This document shows positions 9,731 through 19,206 of a stretch of DNA of 64,000 nt, piece after piece. The position numbers and the translations under genes are program-made. Every line of letters starts with the position of its first letter. The stretch's first letter is position 1. The notes beneath the pieces are model-generated. The model was not told the origin of the DNA. It saw only the letters and a list, made by a program, of their open reading frames with translations, and ran no database searches. The DNA comes from Candidatus Poribacteria bacterium (lineage in GTDB: Bacteria > Poribacteria > WGA-4E > WGA-3G): NCBI GenBank assembly GCA_965205025.1, contig CBDBFU010000015.1:192001-256000 (forward strand), read 5' to 3'.

Positions 9731-11047
9731 TTATTTTACGATATCTGGATCAAGTTCCTTCGCTTTTTCAAAATCTGCTTTTGCCGCCTCCTGTTGTCCA
9801 AGTGCCTTTCTTGCAAGGGAGCGATTCCTGTAAGCCACTGCTGCGTACTCTGAATTTTGTTTGATAGCTTTATTATAGTCTTTGATCGCATCTTTATGAT
9901 TGCCAAGTTTGAACTTTGCATATCCTCGGTTAATGTATGCAGCTGCATGCTGCGGGTTTAGTTCGATAGCTTTATCATAATCACTTATCGCACCTTTATA
10001 GTCGCCAAGTTTTAACTTTGCATATCCTCGATTGATGTAGTTTACGACTCTTTCTGGATTTAGTTCGATAGCTTTATCATAATCACTTATCGCATCTTTA
10101 TGATCGCCAAGATGATCGCTTGATAACCCTCGATTGATGTAGTTTATGACATTTTCTGGATTTAGTTCAATGGCTTTATCATAATCACTTATCGCACCTT
10201 TATAGTCGCCAAGATTACTTTTCGCTTTTCCGCGCTTGAAGTAGGCATAAATAGACTCAGGGTCTAACCGAATAGCTTCATCTAAATTGGCTATTGCCTT
10301 GTCATAGTGTTCTTTATCGTAATTCATTTCTCCTTTAACGTAGTAGGCGTAGGAACGAATTGGTTTTCGTTTATGCCACTGTTTCAAAGACTCATTTGAT
10401 TCTGACTGCATAAGCAATACCTTGACTGTATTGGAGGGAATAGCATGGCTAAAAAGACCACTTTGACAAGCATGAATTCCAATGACTTGTCCTTTAATGT
10501 TTAGTACGGGACCTCCGCTACTTCCACTGGTAATATGAACGATCATCCTGAGCCACTTATCACTATCCCGTATGCTGTGTAGTGTACCCTCCGCAACATT
10601 GTACTTCCTCTCAGGAAATCCCACAACAGAGATAGGTTCGTTACCTCGTACAACATCACTATTCCCAAAAGGAAGTGCCTCACCTTCACCCACAACATTT
10701 AAAATAACAATGTCATTTTTTACATCAAACGCAGCAACACCTTCGACTTTCCAAGTCGTCTTTTTGTCTGCTGATTTCACGGAGACAGGTCCTGGATGTG
10801 CGATAACATGTATGTTAGTCACAACCTTGTTACGTTCCACGAAAAATCCGCTCCCTCTATACCGTTGAAAAAAACCGGGTTTGCTTTCTACCCTGACAAT
10901 AGAATTTCTGTATTTTTGGAATTCTGGGGTATTTTCAATAACCTGTTGGGAAGCCTTCGCGCAAGAAAAGAGAATCCCCAAGATGAGAACTCCAAAAAAT
11001 AATTTAAAGTACTCTTTCAAAACGTTTCTACAAGTATGTATCAACAT
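9731..11047 (-). CDS. Trypsin-like serine protease with TPR repeats, probable lipoprotein (paralogue of 1306-2490)
   Basis: Intact His/Asp/Ser motifs (TNIHV, DIVIL, GSSGGP); lipobox-like ILFSC; one more TPR unit than the first copy. Confidence 0.88.
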   Translation of the reverse strand: MLIHTCRNVLKEYFKLFFGVLILGILFSCAKASQQVIENTPEFQKYRNSIVRVESKPGFFQRYRGSGFFVERNKVVTNIHVIAHPGPVSVKSADKKTTWKVEGVAAFDVKNDIVILNVVGEGEALPFGNSDVVRGNEPISVVGFPERKYNVAEGTLHSIRDSDKWLRMIVHITSGSSGGPVLNIKGQVIGIHACQSGLFSHAIPSNTVKVLLMQSESNESLKQWHKRKPIRSYAYYVKGEMNYDKEHYDKAIANLDEAIRLDPESIYAYFKRGKAKSNLGDYKGAISDYDKAIELNPENVINYINRGLSSDHLGDHKDAISDYDKAIELNPERVVNYINRGYAKLKLGDYKGAISDYDKAIELNPQHAAAYINRGYAKFKLGNHKDAIKDYNKAIKQNSEYAAVAYRNRSLARKALGQQEAAKADFEKAKELDPDIVK

Positions 11048-11237
11048 ATTTTTATAAATCTACTTAAATACCATAATATATCTGTATCATGATACCTGAT
11101 TTTATACAAATTGTTGAGTCTATTCGTAGTGTAGCATGAAAGTTTAGTTTTCAATTTTGTTAAAATGGAGGAGGAAATTCAAAGATTGGAAAGGAAATTG
11201 CGTGAATAGTGAGTTAGCGAAACATCACTATTGTTAA

Positions 11238-11333
11238 TCATTCATCGATTTTTACGCCGCTCGCATAGTAGGTAATCCAATACCCATGTTTTTTGCCATT
11301 AACCGTTTCACCTGTATCTCGTAAACTTGCCAT
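11238..11333 (-). pseudogene. 31-codon truncated MORN-repeat gene remnant
   Basis: RBS aagga + MASLRDTGETVNGKKHGYWITYYASGVKIDE*. Confidence 0.75.
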
Positions 11334-11353
11334 AGTTCAATTTCCTTATCAGT

Positions 11354-11836
11354 TTACAGGTTTTTATTTAGGTATTCATCTAAATTCTCAATCGTCTTTT
11401 TACCGATACCCTTTACACCATTGAACTTACCTTCATCTATTGCGGTTCGGAGTGATGCAAGACTGTCAATTCCAAGTTCGTCATAGAAACGTTTTATTGT
11501 TTTAGCTCCAAGTCCTGGAACAGGAATTAGTTCTACTATTGTCTGTGGTATATCACTTGCATATTCGTCTAACTTGGAGCATGTTCCAGTTTCAACATAC
11601 TCGGTAATGATTGTTGCGACTATATCCCCAACTCCTTGTATCTCTTCTTCTAAACGACCTTGTTCAACCAAATCTGCCACGGACTCCTCCATGCGAGAAA
11701 TTGTATAGGCTAAGCGTGGATAGCGTCCAGCATGTAGTTCTGGATAGTCGGCTACAATTAGAATAGTATGAAGTTCTATGAGTTTCTGTGCGATATCTTC
11801 GTTAGTAGGACGTTCGTTGTTTTTCCTTTCATCCAT
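11354..11836 (-). CDS. Stand-alone PolX N-terminal-like (8-kDa + fingers) helix-hairpin-helix protein
   Basis: NEDIAQKL..., IQGVGDIVA, VPGLGAKTIKRFYDELGIDSLASL, VKGIGKKT align with the family X polymerase N-terminus; no palm or PHP domain. Confidence 0.75.
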   Translation of the reverse strand: MDERKNNERPTNEDIAQKLIELHTILIVADYPELHAGRYPRLAYTISRMEESVADLVEQGRLEEEIQGVGDIVATIITEYVETGTCSKLDEYASDIPQTIVELIPVPGLGAKTIKRFYDELGIDSLASLRTAIDEGKFNGVKGIGKKTIENLDEYLNKNL

Positions 11837-11944
11837 ACGATTTATTCCTTTCTAATTTACGTGAACTCCCATAAGCCATATTAGATTTGTTATGCGGAAT
11901 CTTCCTGTAGTTGTATATGGGAAGATTCAACGAACTCACGTTGT

Positions 11945-12451
11945 TTACAGATTTGCGTCAAGGTGTTCCTCAATCTTCTCTAAGGTTTTTTTACCGATTC
12001 CTTTGAACCCCTTAAGTTTACCTTCATCAATTGCACTCCTGAGTGAAGCAAGGCTATCCACCCCTATGTCTTCATATAGACGTTTGATGGTTTTTCCACC
12101 AAGTCCTGGAATAGGAACAAGTTCAGCAACAGTCTCAGGAATATCTCCAGCGTATTCTTTTATTTTCGAGCAAGTTCCAGTTTGCAGATATTCTGTAATT
12201 ATAATTGAGACTATATCTCCCACACCCCCAATTTCCTCAATCAACCGATCCTGCTCTACAAGATCAGCAACGGATTCTGAATGACGAGATATTATATGTG
12301 CCAAACGGGGATAACGCGTTATGTGACCTTCTGGATAGTCAATCATAATCAAAAATGTATACAGTTCCTGTAATTTCAGTGCGATTTCATCATTAACATG
12401 CCAACGAGTACGTCCTTTTTCATCCACATAAGATTCATTCTTATTATTCAT
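11945..12451 (-). CDS. Stand-alone PolX N-terminal-like HhH protein (paralogue)
   Basis: Same three HhH motifs (IGGVGD, IPGLGGKT, FKGIGKKT); ends at the same position as 11354-11836. Confidence 0.75.
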   Translation of the reverse strand: MNNKNESYVDEKGRTRWHVNDEIALKLQELYTFLIMIDYPEGHITRYPRLAHIISRHSESVADLVEQDRLIEEIGGVGDIVSIIITEYLQTGTCSKIKEYAGDIPETVAELVPIPGLGGKTIKRLYEDIGVDSLASLRSAIDEGKLKGFKGIGKKTLEKIEEHLDANL

Positions 12452-13469
12452 TTCTATTCCACCTTAATATCTGTATTGTTGTATCCCATAATGCGACTGC
12501 TAAATACTTACCATTTGGTGAGAAGGTTAATGCCTGAATACCGGTTGGATATGTCTCCCATATTAGTGATTCACCCCCAGGTATTTTCCAAATACGTAGA
12601 TAACCTTTTTCATCTCCTGATGCCAGATAATCCATATCTGTATACTGTTCTTTAGGTGCGAATGCCAGTGCGCGTGTCCAATACGCCTCAAATCCAGACT
12701 TGTTAAGAAGTTGTCTACCAGTTCTTACATCCCATACACGAATACCTGATTTAGAATTGTTTTGTGTATCAACTGCAAGGAGTGATTCATCTTGAGAAAA
12801 CACCAGATTCCAAACACCAAGAATTTCCCCAGTATTGAAAACACGTAAAGGTTGTCTTTCGTTTTTTGAATTCCATACTTCAACAATCGTTTTGTGCCCT
12901 TCTTCATCTTTATATGTACCTTCAGCGGTGGCGATATATTTACCATTGTTTGATAGTGTCAAACCGTTCCTTATTGGCATAGATGTCTGAAAAGATTTCT
13001 GCGTTGAAATGTTATGATTATGAAGTTGCCAATATTGAAAGGTTTTCCCACCTTCTGATAGAACTACATGAAAACCCTTAATTGAAAGGCTTCCGGTATC
13101 ATATTTTCCGTTTGTTATTAAGAATTCATTATCATAGTCAAGATTACGGAGAGTGATATCGTCATTTGATTTTTGGATTAAGAGCCAATTTACATCTGAA
13201 GAATATGCAAAAAACCGTTTAGATTCAAGATGTCCTATTTCCCGTTTTTCTTTTGTCTTTAAGTCCCATTCTACTAATTTCCCACCCATTTCTTTCGTAA
13301 TCAATTTATCACTGTTTTTATTGAACACGATATAACGTGGAACATCAGGGAGTAATCTATCAAGAGTTGGTTGCTGTTTTTCACCCAGTTGAAACTCGGT
13401 TTCTAAGGTTACGCCATGAACCGGCAAACAGAACAGAAGAAATAGGATAGATAGGATGAAATATCTCAT
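12444..13469 (-). CDS. Secreted WD40-like beta-propeller protein
   Basis: Signal peptide; IRVWDVRTG, LASGDEKGYLRIW, LTFSPNGKYLAV. Confidence 0.75.
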   Translation of the reverse strand: MRYFILSILFLLFCLPVHGVTLETEFQLGEKQQPTLDRLLPDVPRYIVFNKNSDKLITKEMGGKLVEWDLKTKEKREIGHLESKRFFAYSSDVNWLLIQKSNDDITLRNLDYDNEFLITNGKYDTGSLSIKGFHVVLSEGGKTFQYWQLHNHNISTQKSFQTSMPIRNGLTLSNNGKYIATAEGTYKDEEGHKTIVEVWNSKNERQPLRVFNTGEILGVWNLVFSQDESLLAVDTQNNSKSGIRVWDVRTGRQLLNKSGFEAYWTRALAFAPKEQYTDMDYLASGDEKGYLRIWKIPGGESLIWETYPTGIQALTFSPNGKYLAVALWDTTIQILRWNRNE

Positions 13470-13474
13470 GGGAT

Positions 13475-13510
13475 AAAAAGTAGGGCAAGTGTCAGAAGAC
13501 CTTGCCCTAC
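13475..13510 (-). terminator. Rho-independent terminator after the Rieske gene at 13528
   Basis: 10-bp stem gtagggcaag/cttgccctac with an A-run on the + strand (U-tail on -). Confidence 0.6.
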
Positions 13511-13527
13511 GATATTAGTTTATAGTG

Positions 13528-15267
13528 CTACTCGTAAAGTTCGGTTGCGGTTTCACCTTTAGCAAAACGATGTGCAGTTTGTACAGCGGAGTCGTTTCCA
13601 GAATTCCTTCGTACATCTGTTGCCCATCGTGCTAAACCAACAATCATCTGATTTCTGGCAGGATGATCTTCACAGTAATGCCATTCTCTATCCACAATGT
13701 GAATAGTACTGAGTAGTTCTTCACCATTATCATCCTTAAGGATACATTGTCCCATTTCAGCCAGTAACCGTTCAGCATTGCATCCAGAGTTAAGATATTC
13801 ACGTGTCTGACGTCCAATTTCCTGGATACGAACAGATTCAATACCATCAATAATTGCATCAAGTGCGATATCTTCATCAAGGACTTTAGTAGATGAACCC
13901 TCTTTTGCTTCAGATATCGGTTGATGGCGAATGTTTAACCAACGATTAGAATAGAATCTCCAACCACAATGTATAAGTGCCTTCGCTGCGACTTTGGTAC
14001 CACCGAATCGGAGAACTTTTCTGATGTTGGCAGCCAATTCCATCTCTTCTTGTAAATCCCACCAACCCGGACTCATGTTTACAGGTGTTCTTGCCATTCT
14101 ATCAGCAGATGTCATGACCATGGTAGTAGCAATTTTATCGATTGATACACCCGCTGTCAGTACATCCTTAATAGCATCAAAGATTGTATCTATGTCACCG
14201 CTAACGAGATCAGCAGATAGTTGATCTTCGTCGAATTCGACATCTGCATCAGGATTTTTCTCTTGTGGTAGATCATCAAAAATATGTTCAAGTTCTTCTG
14301 CTTTTTGTATAGCTTCTCTGAGACGTTCACCCGGTCTACCTCGACCTTGTCCAAGAATCTTTGCTCCGAGGTTACAGACCAACTCTTCTGTTATCTCCCA
14401 TCCCCACTTTTCAAGCACTTCTGCTAAATGGCAAAGGTTAATTAGGTTTCGAGAGTGGCTGAGGAAAAACCATTGAGAAGCACATTCTAAGAATAGTGGT
14501 ATGAATTTATCTTCATGTCCACCTAATTGTCTTGCAGTGATAAGACATTTTTCAATACCTTCCCATTCTTTATCTGCAGTAAAAACCTTAATCCAATCTT
14601 CAAGTCTATCCCAGTCTACAGGTGGCGGTAATGGTCTGCGTTGTGGACGATCATTATGCCCACCAGCGGCATTTCTTGCAGCCATCATCAAGGGGATAAG
14701 TCTATCTTCCACATCATACATGTGGGCAACCTTAATTCCGTGCATGAGCGTTGCTATACGTCCCCCTCCACTTTCGGATGTCGTAATATGTCGTACCATG
14801 TGCCGTACCATGATTTCAAGCGTCTCATCTTCTGACACACCTTTGGCTAACATAATTGCAATAGCCTTTGAAAGTGTCCATCCATCCTGTGAGAATAAAC
14901 CTTCTTTCAATAACAGGTAGTGCGCATCATCACGTTTCTTACCACCACTACCAACATCAACATAGATATCACCATTGCGAACTTCGACAGGGAATGTAGC
15001 CAAGTCATCACAACCACCTGTGAAACAACCACCACCTTCCATATCATAACTCCAACCGTGCCAATCACACGCCAATACTCCTCTTTTAACATGTCCTCTA
15101 ACTAAAGGATACCCCATGTGCGGACACTGATTATCCGTTGCATAAATAGAACCTTCATGGTTAAAGAGGGCAATACTATGTCCTTCGACTCTAACCGCCT
15201 TCGGTTTCCCATCTTCCACCTCACTGGCGGCAGCGACTTTTACGAAATTTCCATTTTCTGATAACAC
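13528..15267 (-). CDS. Rieske [2Fe-2S] domain fused to a ~470-aa helical domain of unknown function
   Basis: N-terminal NirD/ferredoxin-type Rieske motif CPH-x16-CDWH; long acidic helical C-terminal region. Confidence 0.8.
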   Translation of the reverse strand: MLSENGNFVKVAAASEVEDGKPKAVRVEGHSIALFNHEGSIYATDNQCPHMGYPLVRGHVKRGVLACDWHGWSYDMEGGGCFTGGCDDLATFPVEVRNGDIYVDVGSGGKKRDDAHYLLLKEGLFSQDGWTLSKAIAIMLAKGVSEDETLEIMVRHMVRHITTSESGGGRIATLMHGIKVAHMYDVEDRLIPLMMAARNAAGGHNDRPQRRPLPPPVDWDRLEDWIKVFTADKEWEGIEKCLITARQLGGHEDKFIPLFLECASQWFFLSHSRNLINLCHLAEVLEKWGWEITEELVCNLGAKILGQGRGRPGERLREAIQKAEELEHIFDDLPQEKNPDADVEFDEDQLSADLVSGDIDTIFDAIKDVLTAGVSIDKIATTMVMTSADRMARTPVNMSPGWWDLQEEMELAANIRKVLRFGGTKVAAKALIHCGWRFYSNRWLNIRHQPISEAKEGSSTKVLDEDIALDAIIDGIESVRIQEIGRQTREYLNSGCNAERLLAEMGQCILKDDNGEELLSTIHIVDREWHYCEDHPARNQMIVGLARWATDVRRNSGNDSAVQTAHRFAKGETATELYE

Positions 15268-15420
15268 TTTATTCTTCTCCTTTTTTGCAAGAGGTTTCTA
15301 CTCTCACAGTAAACTTATTTCGAACACACATATTTATTTGTTATGTCTTCACTCAATTCAATTACAACCTATATTACTGGAAGAAATATGCCAATACGAA
15401 CACTGGGTGGTTTATCCTAT

Positions 15421-15987
15421 CTATGTTTCTGCAGCACCAATTCCACGTAAATACCTAATCGCACCACTGTTACCACTTTTTGAAGCAATACCAAGAGGTG
15501 TTTGATTCTGATAATGGCGTCGATCATTCATATCAGCACCCGCTTCAATCAGAATCTGTAACGTTTCAGCGTATTCCTGTTCTCTCCCTTCACCACATGA
15601 AGAACCACCAAATGCCGCTGCGTGCATCGCATCTAATGAAGTTGGATCAACTCCATTAGCAATGAGTAATTGGATAGTTGAAATCTGTGCATTATTTGCC
15701 GCCCAAGATAAAACCGAGCGATACCAGTTTGCCCCAAAGGCATTTATATCTGCCCCATGCTCAAGCAACTTCAGCACCAATTGATCCTTTCCATCATTCG
15801 CAGCGTAATGCAACGCTGTACTCCCTTTAACAAAAGGTTGTCCTTGTTTATCTGGACCCTCCCAGGTCAACTTAGCAATCTCTGGATGTGCATCAACGAT
15901 GGAAATACCAAGTGATTCCTCTTCATGTTTATATTTTGTAGAAAGCAATCTATAGAACGGTGATTTTTCATCGTATAACATATTCAT
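15421..15987 (-). CDS. Ankyrin-repeat protein
   Basis: GSTALHYAA, LLEHGADINA, NQTPL motifs. Confidence 0.85.
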   Translation of the reverse strand: MNMLYDEKSPFYRLLSTKYKHEEESLGISIVDAHPEIAKLTWEGPDKQGQPFVKGSTALHYAANDGKDQLVLKLLEHGADINAFGANWYRSVLSWAANNAQISTIQLLIANGVDPTSLDAMHAAAFGGSSCGEGREQEYAETLQILIEAGADMNDRRHYQNQTPLGIASKSGNSGAIRYLRGIGAAET

Positions 15988-16046
15988 ATCCTATAGCATT
16001 TGATAAATTGTAAAAAAACTGGATTTGCCAATACAACAGGTGTTGA

Positions 16047-17339
16047 TTACTTGTCACTGGATTCTAAATTTGACAAGTAATCAGCAACCGTTTTCCGCTT
16101 TGCTTTCTTGGCATAATCAAGGGGTGTTTTCCCTTCATTATCTTGAACATCCAAATTCGCACCATTTTCAAGCAACAACTGTATCTGGTTTTTACCAACA
16201 CCTTTCTGAGCAATGAAGTGTAAAGGCGTCTGTCCCTTGTCGGTTATTACATTCGGATCCGCTCCGTTTGCTAATAAACAGGCAATACCTTCGGTTAAAC
16301 CACGTTGTGCGACCCAATGGAGTGGTGACCACATACTACGCTTATGCTTTTGAAGAACATTTATATCCCTACCCTTCGCAATAAACCCTTTTAGGAGTTT
16401 ATCGAATCGCTTAGGTCCCTGACCAACAAGTACGTACCAATCTCGAAGATTGATTTCATAACCTAAGTCAATTAGTAGATCAACAATCTTCATTTGCTTA
16501 GACTGGAGTGCCACCTCAAGAAGTGGCATAGTAGGACCAATTTGATAAACATATACATGTCCACCGGGCACACTATATTCTTGTGTTCCATTAGAACTTG
16601 ACCGAGCAGGCTTATCGGATGGAATGATGTAACCTTCAGCAGCTTTCATATTAATCCTTAGTCTTAGGAGATCAGGATTTTTTTGGAATTCTGCTTTTGC
16701 TTTATCAACATCACCCATCACACAATAGAGTACTACATCCCCCTCTGCACCATTTTCAAGTAAGTAGCGACAGACTTCAGGACGTCTTCGCATCGTCCAT
16801 TGCACAGGAGTGCCATTATGGTCACGATCCCGTAAGTTGATATCTGCCCCGTGCTCAATTAGCAATTCAGCAATTCTGGGGGTAGCAGCAAAATGAAGCG
16901 GTGTCATGCCATCGCATCCTGGAGCATTTACAACATCCGGATTTGACAGAATCAATTCTTCAAGGGTATCAACCATATTTAATCCCGCTGCAGCATGAGC
17001 ATCTATCGTTGCGCCACGGTCAATTAGATATTCAGCAAATTCCTTGTTATATGCAAGCATAGACCCAGCTGCATGTTGTAAAGCTGAAGTTCCACCTGCC
17101 CACCAACTGCTTTTTACATCTATATCAGCACCAGCAGCAAGCAATACATCCACAAGAGGTCGATTGACGATTGAAGCTGCAAATACAATCGCAGGAGCGT
17201 CAAAACTGAACCAGGGTTCATTGATATACTCATGCAGTTCCTTGTTATCAGATAACAAGGATTTTACACGATTTGCATCACCTTTATTTACAGCTTCAAT
17301 GTATTCCGTACGAGGAAACAGTTGACCGTTTAGATTCAT
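16047..17339 (-). CDS. Ankyrin-repeat protein
   Basis: DGMTPLHFA, WSPLHWVA, GQTPLHFIA, GKTPLDYA. Confidence 0.88.
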   Translation of the reverse strand: MNLNGQLFPRTEYIEAVNKGDANRVKSLLSDNKELHEYINEPWFSFDAPAIVFAASIVNRPLVDVLLAAGADIDVKSSWWAGGTSALQHAAGSMLAYNKEFAEYLIDRGATIDAHAAAGLNMVDTLEELILSNPDVVNAPGCDGMTPLHFAATPRIAELLIEHGADINLRDRDHNGTPVQWTMRRRPEVCRYLLENGAEGDVVLYCVMGDVDKAKAEFQKNPDLLRLRINMKAAEGYIIPSDKPARSSSNGTQEYSVPGGHVYVYQIGPTMPLLEVALQSKQMKIVDLLIDLGYEINLRDWYVLVGQGPKRFDKLLKGFIAKGRDINVLQKHKRSMWSPLHWVAQRGLTEGIACLLANGADPNVITDKGQTPLHFIAQKGVGKNQIQLLLENGANLDVQDNEGKTPLDYAKKAKRKTVADYLSNLESSDK

Positions 17340-17345
17340 TCGTAA

Positions 17346-19082
17346 TTACTCTTCAAAAACCTCTATGGTTGTTCTGCCTTCAGCGAAATTCATCGCGGTG
17401 GTAGCGGCAGATTTGTTATCCGTGTTAGAACGAATATCTGTAACATACCGAGCCAATCCAACCAACAGTTGTGCTTGTGCAGGATGTCCTTCTGCATTGT
17501 CCCACTCTTCAAATACTGTACGTAATGTTGGTAGCACTTCACTACCGGTGTCATCCCATAAGACAGAATGACCAATCGCTAAGAGCAGCTTCTCTGCTGA
17601 ATAACCAGCATTGAGATATCCAAGGACTTGAGATCCTACATCTTGAACATTGAGTGATTCAATTGTAGAAATAACTGTTTCAATACCCTCTTCTTGATTA
17701 GCAACATCCAACTTTTCTTGGCTTAACTCTTCACTAAGAAGTCTTGTGGGTATATTTATCCAACGATCTGCGAAGATTTGCCATGCAACATGGAAAAGAC
17801 CTTTCGCTGCCATAAGATCTCCACCCACTTCTTTAGCACTTCTTAAGGATGACGCAAGATTGAGTTCCATTGTTAAGTTCCACCACCCTGCATCCACATT
17901 CACCGGTGTGTTTGCCATTCTGTCAGCTGCCAGTAACACAAGTGTGGTAATTACTTTATCTAAGTAAACTCCATCACATATTATAGCTTGTACTTCCTCA
18001 AACGAACGCGGTAGATCGACACTTGTGAGTGCTTCAACAAAAGAATCTTCATCAAACTTATTCGTTCTCTCTAACGCAGCACCATCAATTGTCGGCATCA
18101 TTTCTTTCAGAATGTTAATGGCATCTCTACGATACCTTTCTGGATCTTCTGGACGATGTCCAACAAGGTCAGCACCGAGATAGAAGAACAGATCTGCTGT
18201 TCTATCCCATCCAAATTCATCTACTACTTCTGAAAGATAACTGACATAAAGGGGTATCTGTGGTTCGTCAATAAAATGTGGTTCAACTGCACATTCAAAA
18301 AGCAACGGACGTAATTTATTTGCATCACCTTTATGGTATGCGGTGAAGAGACATCTTTCAATCCGTCCTGCTTGTCCTTCAAACGAGAAAATACGTATCC
18401 AACGACTTAATTTTTCCCATGAAACTGGTTCAGGAAGAGGGATAACTTCAAGTCTTTGTCGTGCTTCTCCAGAAGCTGAACAGGCAGAGGTGGTTACAGC
18501 AATAAGTCTATCTTCTCCCTCATACCTACTTCCAACTCGAAGTCCGTTGATGAGTTTAGATACATCACCACCACCTTCAGAGCCGTGAGCAGAAGGAATG
18601 TGTCGTGCGACGTGTTCAAGTATCGATCCCATCACCTCTTCTTCAGGCACACCACCTTTTAATAGAAGGGCAATTGCTTTAGACATCGTCCACCGATCTT
18701 CACTTAACAAACCTTCACGGAGTAATTGTTTATGTTCTTCTGCTCTACGATAGGTCATATCTCCCGGTTCAATCCAGATTTCCTCACCACGTATTTCAAC
18801 TGGAAAAACACGGAGATCATCACATTCCACATGAAAACATCCACCACCTTCTAAGTCGAAACTGCGACGGTGCCAGTCACATGTCAAAATACCATTTCGA
18901 ATTGTACCTCGAGTTAGGGGATATCCCATGTGTGGACATTGGTTATCGGTTGCGAATATCTTCCCACCTTCATTAAAGAGGGCAATACTCCGTCCTTCTC
19001 CCATTTGAATTGCCTTCGGTTGTCCCTCTGGCACTTCACTCAACTCGGCAACTTTCACCCAACCGGGTGTACCATTTTGCAT
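17346..19082 (-). CDS. Rieske [2Fe-2S] domain fused to a long helical domain (paralogue of 13528-15267)
   Basis: ATDNQCPHMGYPL...CDWH; shared motifs LLxEGL, SKAIA, ADRMAxTP, RWxNI, HPA, GLAR, FAxGxT. Confidence 0.8.
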   Translation of the reverse strand: MQNGTPGWVKVAELSEVPEGQPKAIQMGEGRSIALFNEGGKIFATDNQCPHMGYPLTRGTIRNGILTCDWHRRSFDLEGGGCFHVECDDLRVFPVEIRGEEIWIEPGDMTYRRAEEHKQLLREGLLSEDRWTMSKAIALLLKGGVPEEEVMGSILEHVARHIPSAHGSEGGGDVSKLINGLRVGSRYEGEDRLIAVTTSACSASGEARQRLEVIPLPEPVSWEKLSRWIRIFSFEGQAGRIERCLFTAYHKGDANKLRPLLFECAVEPHFIDEPQIPLYVSYLSEVVDEFGWDRTADLFFYLGADLVGHRPEDPERYRRDAINILKEMMPTIDGAALERTNKFDEDSFVEALTSVDLPRSFEEVQAIICDGVYLDKVITTLVLLAADRMANTPVNVDAGWWNLTMELNLASSLRSAKEVGGDLMAAKGLFHVAWQIFADRWINIPTRLLSEELSQEKLDVANQEEGIETVISTIESLNVQDVGSQVLGYLNAGYSAEKLLLAIGHSVLWDDTGSEVLPTLRTVFEEWDNAEGHPAQAQLLVGLARYVTDIRSNTDNKSAATTAMNFAEGRTTIEVFEE

Positions 19083-19206
19083 AGTCTTATTCCTTTTTAT
19101 GTTATTATCCGTACTTTATAGTACACCTAAATAACGTTTATATTTGGTAAAACCAACATTTAACAACAGCAACATTAATTAAAACAAGTATTATACTATT
19201 AACAAT

